A DNA stretch of 64,000 nt from Octopus bimaculoides (GCF_001194135.2 NC_068988.1:73695849-73759848); one strand, 5' to 3'; positions 49,270-62,672 are shown, numbered from the stretch's first letter. Program-made: numbers and translations. The notes: generated by a model from the letters alone, not told the origin.

Positions 49270-51420
49270 TCTCAGTTTCACTGAGATGGGCGGGTTGACA
49301 TCTCACCTCATTCTAGTTCTTCCCCTGGAGACCTGGAGATCTGGACCAAACCTGACTAAGCTATCGGATGTATTGGACCATACGGACCTATCTCTAAAGG
49401 CGCTGAGTTGCAGGCCTAATTTTCTTTTGTTGATTTTTGCCCTTGTCACTGCCTCATACTCCCTTAGAGCAGTGCTGATCAGGTCTATGTACCTGGTGTT
49501 CAACACTATGGGGGTGACATGGTTCTCCATGTCCTAGTTCATGTAGAATGCCCCTTAATGCCTCCGGTTTCTGCAGTAGTGGTTCTGGAGTGAGCACATA
49601 CAGAAGAGACAGAGACAACTTTCACAGACCAAGCACATGACACTGAATGGTTCCAATAGGTGAGAATTTACTCACACTACCAAACAAACATTGCAGTACA
49701 TTGCAGCAATCTGGGCATGGGAGATGGGACCAAAAACAGTTGCCATGAGAACAGCTGTCAAGTATTGGTGGTTGACCCTATCAAAAGCTTTTGATTGATC
49801 CAAATTGATCAGAGCCCCACTCACTCCAGGTTCATTACCCAGCCTTTCTATAATGTATCACATGAGGTGGAGCATATTGTAGATAAATCTGCTTGGGATG
49901 GTGCATATTGCCAATCAGTCCCTCAACAAGTGCCAACTTCTTCATTAACACTTATGTCAGAATTTTGAAATCTGCATTTAACAAAATTATAAGCCTAAAA
50001 CTATTTATTTGATCCCTTTTGTTTGGGTCCTTTCTCAGTAGTGCTATGGCTTTTGGTTCATAGAACTAGGAATTCTCCCATTCTACAACTTGTAAATATC
50101 TGCCAAGAGACCTCCAAGCATGTGACATATAAATATAAATTTATATGTTGTAGGATAGACCATCCAAACCAGGAAATTTGCCTCACTCACACCTCCTGCA
50201 GCCAATCTTGTATGTTCATGGTTGTTTTCAATTTTGCACAACACTGCTTCACTTGCCAAGAGTTGCAATAGACCATCAAAGTAGGTACTAAAGTCCATCC
50301 AGTGTTCCAGTTCCCCAATTGTTCCAAACAGTTGTATGAAGAGCTGCTCAAGTAACATGCACCCATTTTGGTCACCAAAGACCAAATCAAGGCTTTGTTG
50401 TCATGTTGTGCTCCTACTGCTTGGGCACATTAAGTGGCTTTCATTCTCTTGCGTCCTAGAGCAAAACAACTCAGACTTCCTGCTTAGCAATGAAGAATTG
50501 GTTAAAGGCTAATCTTTCTGCAGGCACATCAGATGTAATGCCTTTCCTAAGCGCCTCTTCAAAGTTTCTATTTTCTACTGTTTTCTTCTATCGTTACTGC
50601 CTTACTAAACCCAATTGATTCTATTCTAATCACCTTTTCTGGTGCAAGCTACCATTTGTTGCTGACAACTGACCCCCCTCCCATCAATGCCCACTTAACT
50701 AATTCGTTAATTCAATCTCTGTAACATTAGTACACCAGGAGTGATACATTCATATAACTGGGTCCCTGCCTTCAGGGGCCTATCTAGGTTGACTGTACAA
50801 ATCACAAATTTGTGGTTTGTGTAGTAGGAAATTTTAAATAGTGAACAACCCATGCCATCTTTAACTACAAATGTATAAAATACTCCATCTAGATACGACC
50901 TTAATGACCCAATGTGGTTTTTCCATGTCCACATTGGCACATTTGGGAAATTCAGTGCGTACCTGTCAGACAATCAGAAATGTCAGAAGAGGCTGGGAAA
51001 GGCTCTTACACCCTTCTTCTATCAGCTAGCCCTGTACAATCCAAATGTGGATCGAAGATGGCATTCCAGTCACCCACTAGCACTAAATATTGGGACACAC
51101 CCTGGAAAAACCCCAGATGCCTAAAGAAATTCAACTGTCATGCCCCTGTCAGAGCATAAACAGCTTACTAGTTGGAAGTGACCTCCTTCACTACTGTTCC
51201 CATTCAGGACCATCAACTTACCTTCTGGGTCCATGAAAATGTTCTGTACCATGAGATACATACCTGAAATAATACTGCAGTTTCCCCACCCCACCCCTAT
51301 TCCCAATTGACATGGAAATAAACAATCTTGTACTCACTGAAAATGAATATTTCACTTTGGCCACCGCATCTGAGGTCATTGAGCAGGTGGTCCTGTTTCC
51401 AAGACAACCTGGCATTCCCA
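49270..51420 (-). mobile_element. L1/Tx1-clade LINE ORF2 relic (APE endonuclease plus RT)
   Basis: IFMDPEGKLMVL, SLRSYLD, QAFDRVNHQYL and REYEAVT. The same family as 4952-6510. Confidence 0.8.
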
Positions 51421-51799
51421 TTGCTTATTCTAAATAAGGTTATGTTTGGCAGCAGAGGAGGAGGGTGAAAGGAATCTGTGGAGGAACAGATGTTTCATTC
51501 CTCATATAGCAGAGTATTTCCAAAATCAGTTCTTTTGTTCCAAGAGCTGTCATCTCCTTTGATTTGAGAAACCATGTTTTTTTGTTTTAAAATATTGAAT
51601 TTTGCCAATTTAAGTTCCTAAATTCATGAATATTTCACAGAGCCAACTCACTGCAGGGAAAGCAAGTTGGTTTATTAAATTTGATAGTACAAGAATACAA
51701 ATAACAATCTTTGAAACAACAAAATTAAACAAAACTCATAAATTTTGGACAGATGTTGTTCCTTTCCTCCTCCTTCTCCTTCTGTAACAATAACAACAA

Positions 51800-51987
51800 T
51801 TTCAAATTTTGGCACAAGGCCAGCAATTTCGAGGGAAGGGATAAGTTAATTACATTATTTTATTGACCTCCGAAAGAATGAAAGGCAAAGTAGACCTAAA
51901 CAGAATTTGAACTCAGATCACAAAGATGGATGAAATGCAACTAAGCATTTTGCCTGCCATGCTAATGGTTTTGCCAGCTCACCACCG
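51800..51987 (-). mobile_element. SINE family A, degenerate
   Basis: Reverse-complement B box gaatttgaactc and core gaaaggcaaag. Confidence 0.7.
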
Positions 51988-52006
51988 AACAATGATGATG
52001 ATGATG

Positions 52007-52556
52007 ATGCTCTGATGCAGCACCAGGCAATGGCTCTCATGGTTTCTGATCTTAATTGATAGGAAGTATTAACATGTACATGCTTTGTCTTGGTTTAAAA
52101 GATGGGCTACAGCAAATATTCTGCTTAATATCACAGATGTGCTTGTCAGTTGTTTGACCTTAACCAGTTGAGCATGTCCCTTGGTGACTGATAGTATATC
52201 CATCTCTGATCATGTGCAGGAGTAGTGGGGAAGCATCACAGCCACATGTTAGGAGGAATTCTTTGGGACTTGAATAATTCACCTCTGGAAACATGAGTGT
52301 TTCATTCATCATCCTTAAACAACCCTTATTCAGGGACCTTTTGAGTGGGATGGGCTACTTGACCTAAGAAAATTCTAACTGGCTCCACCTGCAAGATCAT
52401 GTGTTGTTCATCTTGATATGAGGTTACCATGTTGTGTACATATGGTTGTGATGCATATGCCTGGTGTACCTTTATCAGATAGGTGGTCATGATAGGTATA
52501 CTGGGCTCCGAATATTTGTACCCATGTTGCTTTGATGGCATGCACTGCTCCCTCAT

Positions 52557-52616
<60 letters not shown>

Positions 52617-53140
52617 TATGCCCTGATGCAGTACCAAGCAGTGGCTTTCATGGCTTCTCATCTTAACTGATTGGAAGTGTTATCATGGACATTGTGTTGT
52701 ATTGGTATAAAAGGTGGGCTACAGCAAATATTCTGCTCAATACCACAGATTTGCTTGTCAGTTGTTTAGCCTTAACCAGTTGAGCATGTCCCTTAGTGCA
52801 TCTCTGATCACGAGCAGAGGTAGTGGGGGAACATTATAGCCATGTGTTGAAAGGAATTCTTTGGGATCTGGATAATTCACCTTTGGAAACATGGGTATTT
52901 CGTTCAACATCCTTAACCCTTATTCAGGGACCTTTTGAGTGGGATGGGCTACTCGGCCTGAAGAAAATTTTAACTAAGCCCCATTTGCAAAGTCATGCAC
53001 TGTTAATCTTGATATGAGATCACCATATCATGTATATATGGTTGCAACGCATGTGCCTGGTGTACCCTTATCAGACAGGTAGTCATGATGGGTATACTGG
53101 GCTTCATATATTTTACCCCAGTGTCACTGCTCTCTCACTC
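52007..53140 (+). mobile_element. Two tandem family T copies separated by (TAA)n at 52557-52612
   Basis: Both start atgc(c/t)ctgatgcag and end gcactgctc...ctc followed by TAA units. Confidence 0.87.
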
Positions 53141-53355
53141 AATAATAATGATAATAATAATATTAATAATAGGATTATGACATTGGTACTTGGGTGTGGA
53201 ATGTCATCATCATCAAATTCATTTAATGTCCATTGTCCATGCTGGCATGGATTGGACAGTTTGACACTAGAAGGCTGCGCCAGGCTCCAATCTGATTTGG
53301 CATGGTTTTCTATGGCTGGATGCCCTTCCTAACGCCAAACACTCCAAGAGTGGTT

Positions 53356-54325
53356 GCAATGAATTACGAAATTCAATATGTAAATGTTAAGTATTCTTTA
53401 ATACATTATAATCAAAGGACTCATAATTGCCAGAACCGTTTCACATTTCCACACTTTCTGCTAGTAATTCAACCTTGCTTTATCTTAAATGCGTGTATAC
53501 ATACACACACACACATATGTATGCATATATAAGAATGTGTATGTGTGTAAATAGGGAACATCTTTTCTTTCAAACATATTACCATCAAGATATGAGTATA
53601 ATTAATCTTATCTGCTTAGCAAGAGGATCAGAGAATACTCATTGTCATAAATATAATAGTTAATGCCAGGTTTAAAAATCATGCAATAGTTAAGTCTAAT
53701 GGGCTTCATAATTTAGTTTACATGTGATGTATTAGAGTGTTGAATTTTGATTTGATTTTACTTCTAAATTTTTTTTTGGGGGGGGGGGTGACATTCCTAT
53801 ACAAAGATATACTGCCATTGACTACTTTTTCAATTTTGTTCCTTATGTATAAGAGGTACCAGATGTAATGTGCAAGAGAGAAAGCTAAGCTGGTATGGGC
53901 ATATGATTGTGTATGGATGAAGACAGCTGCATAAAGAAGTGCCAATCTCTAATTGTGGAAGAAGTAGACCCAGGAGGGCATGGGATCATCATCATCATCA
54001 TCATCATCATTTAACGTCCATTATCCATGCTGGCATGGGTTGGACGGTTTGACCAAGGCTGGTGAGATGGAAGGCTGCACCAGACTCCAGTCTGATTTGG
54101 CATGATTTTCTATGGCTGGATGCCTTTCTTAAGGCCAATCACTCCAAGAGTATAATGGGTACTTTTACATGCCACCAGCATGGATGCCATTTGCATGACA
54201 CCAGTATCTGCCACAACTGATAGGCCTCCTTTTCAAGCACGACAAAATGCCAAAGGTCTTGTTCATTGCCTCTGTGAGGCCCAACACTCAAAAGAAACTC
54301 AGCCACTTTGCCTCCATGGGGCCCA
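53356..54325 (+). repeat. Dispersed direct duplicate of 9690-13320 without the Helitron, ORF1 element and hairpin
   Basis: Colinear blocks gcaatgaatt..., gtgtgtaaat.gggaacatc..., cataatttagtttacatgtg..., then the same RTE 3' end. About 85% identity by eye. Confidence 0.92.
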
Positions 54326-54455
54326 ACATAGTGAACAACCAATTATCAAAGTTTATGATGTGTGGAAAGAGACGCTGTGAGACCTCTGACAACAGGCTGC
54401 TGTCCACTTTCACAGAATCAACCAGAGCAAACAAGACTGAGTGCTCTGAGAATAA

Positions 54456-54493
<38 letters not shown>

Positions 54494-54495
<2 letters not shown>

Positions 54496-54832
54496 GCTCT
54501 GAAGAAATATCAGGCAGTGGCTCCCATGGCTTCTGATCTTAACTGATTGGAAGTGCTCACATGCACATGTTTTTTCTTGGTGTAAGATGGACTACGGCAA
54601 GTATTTTGTTCAATATCACAGATTTGCTTGTCAGTTGCTTAATCTTAACCAGCATGTCCTTTAGTGTCTGACAATATATGCATGTTTGATCATGAGCAAG
54701 AGTAGTGAGAAGAGCATCACAGCTAGGTATTGGGAGGAATTGTTTGGAGTTTGCATGATTCACCTTGGAAACAAGGGTGTTTCATTCATCATCCTTAAAC
54801 AACCTTTATTTTGGGATCTTTTGAGTGGGACT
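54494..54832 (+). mobile_element. Family T copy (partial) after (TAA)n
   Basis: caggcagtggctcccatggcttctgatcttaactgattggaagtg. Confidence 0.8.
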
Positions 54833-54849
54833 ATTATTATTTAATGCCA

Positions 54850-55072
54850 TAAGGTGGTAAGCTGGCAGAATCATTTACATATTGGACAAAATGCTTTGCA
54901 GCAATTCGTCCGTCTTTGCATTCTGGGTTCAAATTCTGTTATAGTCAACTTTTGCCTTTCATCTTTTTGGGAGCGATAAAATAAGTACCAGTCATTCACT
55001 GAACTTGATATAATTAACTAGTGCCCTCAATACAAATTTTCAGGCTTTATGCATATAGTAGAAAAAATTATC
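54850..55072 (+). mobile_element. SINE family A, ~60 bp from the MPC1 microexon donor
   Basis: aagctggcagaatc head, gggttcaaattc B box and core. Confidence 0.75.
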
Positions 55073-55135
55073 ATTTAACGTCATTCCTGGAGTTATTCAT
55101 TTCTATATTAAATATTAATATAATAATAAACTTAC

Positions 55136-55151
55136 CTGGTCCCCAAAAGTG
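55136..55151 (-). CDS. MPC1: MPC1 coding microexon, 16 nt (HFWGP + first base of V)
   Basis: Minus strand reads tttttttttcttttgtag|CAC TTT TGG GGA CCA G|gtaagt. It encodes the MPC1 motif HFWGP, and its phase-1 end joins TT of the 46557 exon to give Val. Confidence 0.9.
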
Positions 55152-56747
55152 CTACAAAAGAAAAAAAAATTCCTGAATATATATTAAAATGATTTTAAGT
55201 GGTAGAAACAATTCAAAACTTCTTGAGAAACTGATAGTCAAAGATGATGACTACTTAAATATGAAATAATTAATAGGAGTCTAATAAAAGCATTTTATAC
55301 ATGTATGGATAGCACAAATAATCATATTTATAAATTAAAAAATAAAAATAAAGATATTTTGAATATATGTTATATCAAAACAGTCTTTGAAAACGTTCTA
55401 AGAAATTTTCTAAGCATACTGAAGAAAAGAAAAAGCAATATCTATAAGATAGCAAGGAATGTTCAATTTCTTGCTATCTTATAGATATTGCTTTTTCTTT
55501 CACTAAACTTATAAATAACAATGAATATCATCAGTTTAGTAGACACAAATTATGAAGCTACATGCTGCCATTGAACAAACTATTCAAAAAGATGAGTAAC
55601 TGGATTATTATATCCCCACAGAAAACAAAACAATAAAGTTGAGAAAATGATATAACACAACTCTTTATTCAGCCACCTCCCTGACACTTTTTCACCTGAC
55701 ATGTATCATGCTATTTTTTTGACAACTTCTCTCCCACATTTTAATTCCTCTCACATCATATATCTCCTATACTACTCATACCATTGCACACTAGTTGTCT
55801 TCTCTCCTTTTGTCTCCCTGCATCTACCCCTCAATATCATCCCACATTTTTTTATAATTTGTAATTTTGCAACTTGAGATATTTATATCTTGTCTCTCTC
55901 CAAAGGGGCATCTGAAACATTAGACTTCACATCATGAAATATATCCAACTGTTTGAATTATTTGTATTAACTTTTTGCCAACACAGAACAGTCAGGACAT
56001 TTGTCTCTCAGTTACGTATATGCAATGAACTTTATTTGACTGTTTTATTATTTCACTAATTTTTCTTTAGCCAACCTTTGCTATTGATTACAAGGATAAT
56101 CCAATATAAAGTCACAAACCTTTAAACTGTAAGGTCTTCCCTTCATTCTCATCACTTTCCCTCCTCCTTTACTCACTCTGTCCCTTTCCTTTCTTTTTCT
56201 TTCTTTCTCACCCCTCCCTAATTCTTCAATCCCTCTGCTCCCTACTTCTCTCCTCTCCTTCCATGTGACCAGTGTTCTGCCAAGCTTGACGTTTCCTTCT
56301 TGATTCAACTACCATCCGTATAAGATTCTTTCCCATGACTTATATCTCTTATTTTCCTACCGTAAGGCTTCACTTCTACACACACTGGTTTAATTTAATT
56401 CATCCTTAGTCGAAAGACACCTGTTGTTAATGTCCTGTTGTTTGCATTTGTAATTGTGTACTATTTTTCCATTTTTTTCGTCCTTGTTTTCGTATACATT
56501 TGCTTGCTTTCTTCCAAATAATCTAGTGTTCTTAACTTAGATTTTCTTAGGGCTGGCCAGACTGGAGCAGTCTCAAGTGTAACTGGCCAAAACTGCAACA
56601 ACGATCTGGAACACGACTGATGACAGAAAGCTCCAAATGACCTGTCCTTGTCTTTTCCTGTCTTTTTTTGTATCGCCTAACTGCCCAGATGTTTTGTTGT
56701 CGCCTGTTACATCCTTGTTCCATTTTTTGATTTGTTTATATATAATA

Positions 56748-57621
56748 TAGGGGGCAGTGAATAAACTGTCATCTAAATTACGCAAAAATGAAAATAACAC
56801 TGACATCTCATTTTAAGAGATATATTGACCAAAATTACATAAAAATATCTTGAAATACTAAAGAGTAAATTGACTCAATAAAATCACCATTGGCTTCAAC
56901 CATGGCCTCCACACGACTTCAGAATCTCCTGCAACTCTTCTGGATGGTCTCCTTGTTTAAGTTGGTGAATGCTGCCATAATCCTTGCTTTCAGTTCATCC
57001 TTGGTGTCACAAGAAGTTTTGTTGGTCTCTCACCCAACTGTGCCCCACACATAATAATCAAGGGGGTTGCAGTCTGGGGAGTTAGGTGGCCAGATGTTAG
57101 GGGTGCTGTGGTTAAAGAAATTGTATGGCAGCCATGACTGGGTTCTCCTGCTTGTGTGGCATGGTGCAGAGTTTTGTTGTCAGACATAGGGTCTTTCAGC
57201 ATCCACCCTCTTGACCCAGAGCAGCACTACCTCCACCAGGCACTGGATGTAGGCCTCTGTGTTGTGTCTAAATCCATGTGGGGAGATGAATGAAGGCATA
57301 ACGTCGCCATCACTAGTGATCACTCCAAACACCATGATGTTGACTGGATGCTTGATTTTTATCACTTTCAGATTGCACTGTCCTCAGATTGACACCAGAA
57401 CACTCTGAAATGTTCATATTGGAGCTTCCAGCATCAATGCCCAGAGTACAGCATGTCATTTCCAAATTTCTAGCAGAGTGAAATGCATCATAGTGGTGTT
57501 TTCCTCACAGACGTTGCCCAACTGACCCTACTAAACTGTGTAGTTGACAAAATCAAAAACAAACAATGCGCAGGCACAAAATTAAAAATATACAATGGCA
57601 AATAATTTACTCACTGCACCC

Positions 57622-57623
<2 letters not shown>
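56748..57623 (-). mobile_element. Tc1/mariner DD37D element, internally deleted
   Basis: TIRs tagggggcagtgaataaac / tttactcactgcaccctg. IMVFGVITSDG, QQN(D)SAPCHTS and 37 residues to NPLDY. Confidence 0.87.
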
Positions 57624-57655
<32 letters not shown>

Positions 57656-58058
57656 AGGATAAGATCATTATTTAAAATACTGATCCTATCAGGTGGCCAG
57701 CATGGGAATAAAAACCTCAAAAGGTAATAATTATTATTAAAATTATAATTAAGAGGATCTAGGAGATACCACCATGCTTGAAATAACAGCCAAAACTTGA
57801 CTCTAAAACCACATTAAATGATCATACAGCACCAGGAGAGAACACAAAAAGACAAAATAAACTAGTTTCTTAGGCTGTCCAGACTGGAGCAGTCTCGAAC
57901 ATAACTGGTCGAAACTGCAACAACTGCCCCAAGAAACTAGTTTATATTGTCTTTTTGTCTTCTCTCCTGGTGCTCTATGAACATTTAATGTGGTTTTAGA
58001 GTCAAGTTTTGGCTGCTGTTTCAAGCATTGTGGTATCTCTTAGATACCCTTAATTATA

Positions 58059-58099
<41 letters not shown>

Positions 58100-58101
<2 letters not shown>

Positions 58102-59812
58102 CCAATCCTTTATTTGGTGGCCAATGAGGAAACTAAGGATAGATGAATGGTTAGTGAGAGCTGTACAAGCTATGTACAGGGATGCTGTCAGTAGGGTGAG
58201 GGTTGGCAACGAGTATAGTGAAGAATTCTGGGTAGGAGTAGGGGTCCACCAAGGATCAGTCCTCAGCCCCCTCTTATTCATCATAGTCCTCCAGACAATA
58301 ACAGAGGAATTCAAGACAGGATGCCTCTGGGAGCTTCTCTATGTTGATGACCTTGCTCTAAATGCTGAGTCACTATCAGAACTAGAGGAGAAGTTTCAGG
58401 TGTGGAAGCAAGGATTAGAATCGAAGGGCCTTAGAGTCAACCTAGCTAAAACCAAAGTCTTAATAAGTAGGAAAGGCAGACAAATGACAAATCCCTTCAG
58501 GTAGATGGCCCTGCTCGATCTGTAGAAAAGGTGTAGGCAGAAACTCCATAAGATGTACCTATTGTAAGCTATGGACACATAAGAGGTGCAGCAATATCAA
58601 AGGAAGGCTAACTGGAAAGATAGTTTTTGTATGTGGCAAATACTCAGGAGCAATAAACACTGAAAATGTGCAGAAAACAACTTCTGTCACATGTCAGGGG
58701 GAAAAACTAGAAGTAGTTGATAGCTCCCATTACCTGGGTGACCAAGTCAGCAGTGGGGGTGGATGCTCTGAGAGTGTAGCTGCTAGAATAAGAATAGCCT
58801 GGACAAAGTCCAGAGAGTCCCTACCTCTGCTGGTAACAAAGGGCCTCTCACTCAGAGTAAAATGTAGACAGTATGACGCATGTGTATGAACAGTCATGCT
58901 ACATGGCAGTGAAACATGGGCCGTGACTGCTAAGGACATGCGTAAGCTTGCAAGGAATGAAGCCAGTGTGCTCCGCTGGATGAGTAATGTCAGCGTGCAT
59001 ACACAACAGAGTGTAAGCACCCTAAGAAAAAAGTTGGACATAAGAAGCATCAGATGTGGTGTGCAAGAGAGACGACTGTGCTGGTATAGTCATGTGTTGC
59101 ATATGGATGAGGACAGCTGTGTGAAAAAGTGTCACACCCAAGCAGTAGAGGAAGGAGTAGATCCAAAAGGACCTAGGATGAGGTGGTGAAGCACGACCTT
59201 CGAACACTGGGCCTCAAGAAGGTGATAACAAGTGACTGAGACTTTGGAGATATGATGTGCTTGAGAAGACCCAGCAAGCCAAGTGAGACTGTAACTGTGG
59301 CCTATGCCAGTGCAGCATAACCAGCCCATTTAAGAGTACCCTTCAATCATTGAGCAATAAACTGCGCTTGCAAAGACCTGTTGAGTCAAGTGAAGTCATT
59401 GTTGTGGCTGATGCCAGTACCACCTGATTGGCACCCATGCCGGTGGCACATACAAAGTACCAATTTGTGTGTGGTCATTGCCAGTGCCACCTGACTGGTC
59501 CTGTGCCAGTGGCACATAAAAAGCACCATTCGAGCATGGTCGTTACCAGTCCCACCTGACTGGCTTCCATGCTGGTGGCACATAAGCACCATTCAAATGT
59601 GGTCAATGCCAGTACCACCTGACTGGCCTTCGTGCCAGTGGCATGTAAAAAGCACCACTACACTTTCAGAGTGGTTGGCGTGAGGAAGGGCATCCAGCTG
59701 TAGAAACTTTGCCAGATCAGATTGTAGCCTGGTTCAGCTTTCTGGCTTGCCAGCCCTCAGTCAAAGTATCCAAAGCATGGAAAGCAGACATTAAATGACA
59801 ATGATGATGATG
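58100..59812 (+). mobile_element. RTE-clade LINE, 5'-truncated, older copy, preceded by (AG)n
   Basis: GVHQGSVLSPLLF, LLYVDDL and LHGSETW, with the 3' UTR and a (GAT)n tail. Confidence 0.9.
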
Positions 59813-60019
59813 AAATAGAAAATTTCTATTTGTAAATCTCTCAATGAGAGATATTCAGTAACAATATTCTAGGGTAAAGATTATTTGCCAACATAATGTG
59901 TTGTCCTGGTTTAGGACGAATGTTACCGTTATTTAGCCCCAGGAAACATCATCTGGTGACCAGGACTGCCACATTATGTTGGCAAATAATCTTTACTCTA
60001 TATAACATATATATTACAT

Positions 60020-60387
60020 ATGTATTCTTTTACTTGTTTCAGTCATTTGACTGCAGCCATGCTGGAGCACCACCTATAGTCAAACAAATCGACCCCATGA
60101 TTCATTTTTTGTAAGCCTAGTACTTATTCTATCTGTCTCTTTTGCCAAACTGCTAAGTTACAGGGATGTAAACACACCAGCATCGGTTGTCAAGCGATGG
60201 TGGGGTCAAACACAGACACACAAATACATACCTATATATATAAATACACACACACACACACATAATGGGCTTCTTTCAGTTTCCGTCCATCAAATCCACT
60301 CACAAGGCTTTGGTTAGCCCAAGGTACCACACAGTGGGATTGAACCCAGAGCCATGTGGTTGGAGAGCAAGCTTCTTACCACACAAC
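60020..60387 (-). mobile_element. tRNA-derived SINE family C; a second copy lies on + at ~62545-62897
   Basis: Head gtgtggtaagaagc...gggttcaatccc, core ccaaagccttgtgagtggattt, internal microsatellite, tail gaaacaagtaaaagaata. Confidence 0.8.
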
Positions 60388-60614
60388 TTATTTATAAGCT
60401 TAAAGCTTATAAGCAATCATCAAACACTGACTAAGGTAAATAGTCTAATATTGGGACACATAAGCCATCAATGGAAAAAAGTCGGGTTTGCCATACACAT
60501 GGGACTCACACCAACACCTCTATGTATTTGTGGTCAAGGGCTTATATGCCCCAATATTACACAGTTTACCTTACTCAATGCACGATGATCGCTTATAAGC
60601 TTTAAGCTTATAAA

Positions 60615-60646
<32 letters not shown>

Positions 60647-60776
60647 GTTACAGGAATGTAAAATTCAGCACCATTTACCAAATAATCGCAGAAAACACAC
60701 ATGGAAAAGTTGTTTACAAAAAAACAACATTATGAAAATATAGTCCTTAAATCTGACAGAAAAACCCAGGATGTAC

Positions 60777-60930
60777 ATTAGCGTAATGGTTAGCATGCTT
60801 GTCGCGAATACATAGAGGTGTGAGTTCAAGTCCCATGTGTATGGCAAACCCTACTCTTTTCCGTCAAGGGCTTATATACCCCAATATTAGACTATTTACC
60901 TTAGTCAATACATGGTGATCACTTAAAAAT
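60777..60930 (+). mobile_element. tRNA-derived SINE family D
   Basis: A box tagcgtaatgg and B box gagttcaagtcc. A related inverted composite lies at 60391-60613. Confidence 0.7.
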
Positions 60931-61849
60931 ATTATCAATAATATTAATGTGCCAACTTTTTGTTTTTATACATACCTGTTGTGTGTATCACAGTTACTTC
61001 AAAGGAAGAAGTAAGTGGCAAAGTGGGAGAGAGGAAATGAGAGAGAGTGAGAGAGAGTGAGTGGTGACAGCGTTCGTTGTGTGGTTTTAAACATCAGTAT
61101 TTTCAGAGTAGAGTGATACATACATCGCAAGAAAAGGAGATACATAGACCAAAAGAAAAGCAGATACATATATCTAAAGAAAGATAGATACATAGATACA
61201 TACACACATTGTTAAATTAAAAGCGGGAGAGAGGAGGGACACAGACGAAGTGAGAGAAGTGAGAGACAGTAGACACATAGATCGAAAGAAAAGTTGATAC
61301 ATAGATACATAGATTGTTAAATGAAAGACAAATAACTACAGCAAATATTGAATGTCACTTTCACTTTTCATTACCACATGAGGATAAAATTAACTCACAA
61401 GTGGCTGAGTACTCCACAAACATGCATACTGTTAATGTAGGTCTCAGCCTCACACAGAATATGACAAGGCTGGCCCCTTTCAATTACAGCTACAACTCAT
61501 TTTGGCCAGTTGAGTGGACTGGAGCAAGATAAGCCTTCAAGTGGTTGGAAGAAAACAAAAAAAAGATCCTATATAGGGGCAGGAGAATCTTTCAAGTTGT
61601 TAGGGTCACTATGGGTGTTAATCCGGTCCTAACAGTGGCATTTGTGGGTCTCACAGATCTGGAGGCCAGTAAACACTGATGTACAGGCTGTTGTTATGAA
61701 ACTGAGTGTGAGTCGAGGGTAAAATCACTACACAATGGAATAGCAATTATTTCATCTCCGCTTTCACTGCTTATACTAAACACATGACATTTTTGCCTTA
61801 CAATATAGAACATTTCCTTTTCTTTCACTCTATTTAAAAAATGGCAGTC

Positions 61850-62163
61850 TGTTGCTTATGATAATGTCCTGTTTATCTCATCAATGGAACAGTCTGCTTG
61901 TAATATTAACGTGCAAGTGGCTGAGTACTCCACAGACATGCACCACCATAACATAGTTGTGAGGGAGATACAGCCTCACACAGAATGTGACAATGCTGGC
62001 CCCTTTGAATTACAGCTACAACCATTTTTGAAAGCTGAGTGGACTGCAGCAAGGTGAAGTAGAGTACCTTGCTCAAGAATACTATGTGCCACCAGGAATC
62101 ATACTCATGACTTTACGATCATGAGCCAAGTACCCCTAACCACTGAGCCATGCACCTTCACTC
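61850..62163 (-). mobile_element. tRNA-derived SINE family E (Deu/Nin-like core); partial copy at ~61340-61530
   Basis: Head tggctcagtggttagg and core ttgagcaagg...cagtccactcagct. Confidence 0.68.
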
Positions 62164-62604
62164 TTTTAACTGTAGGAAAAAGGAGTGAAGCGATAGAGAC
62201 AGAGAAAGGAAAGCATCAGTCATTTGAAATGACAATTAGACTGAAATATGATCGATCTTTTCTAGCTTCTTTACTTTTAATAATGAAGAAGAGGGAAAGA
62301 CATTTAGTAATGACTAGAGGAAAAGTCTTGCAGGTGTTTATGTTTTCATTCTGGGAGGTCTAGAATGATCGAGTGTTAGTTCTCTTTTCTTTCCCCCATT
62401 CCCGGTACTTATTCGCTTTCTTTTATAGTTCTTTATGTCTTTGAGTTGGGGGGAAGGATCATATTGTTTTTTTGGGGCATGTTTAACATTTTCCCTACAA
62501 ACAAGCCCCACTTCCTTCCATTTTTTTTTCATACAAAAACTAATTATAGCTTTGGGCTGACCAAAGCCTTGAGTGGACTTGGTAGATGGAAACTGAAAAA
62601 ACCC

Positions 62605-62672
<68 letters not shown>

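Noticed and set aside
52007-53140. Repeat-spacer-repeat layout suggesting a CRISPR-like array
   Set aside because: The units are ~550-bp interspersed repeats separated by a microsatellite in a eukaryotic context, with no cas genes.
56612-56630. ctgatgacagaaag resembling a hammerhead core
   Set aside because: There is no stem II between CUGAUGA and GAAA and no evident stems I or III.
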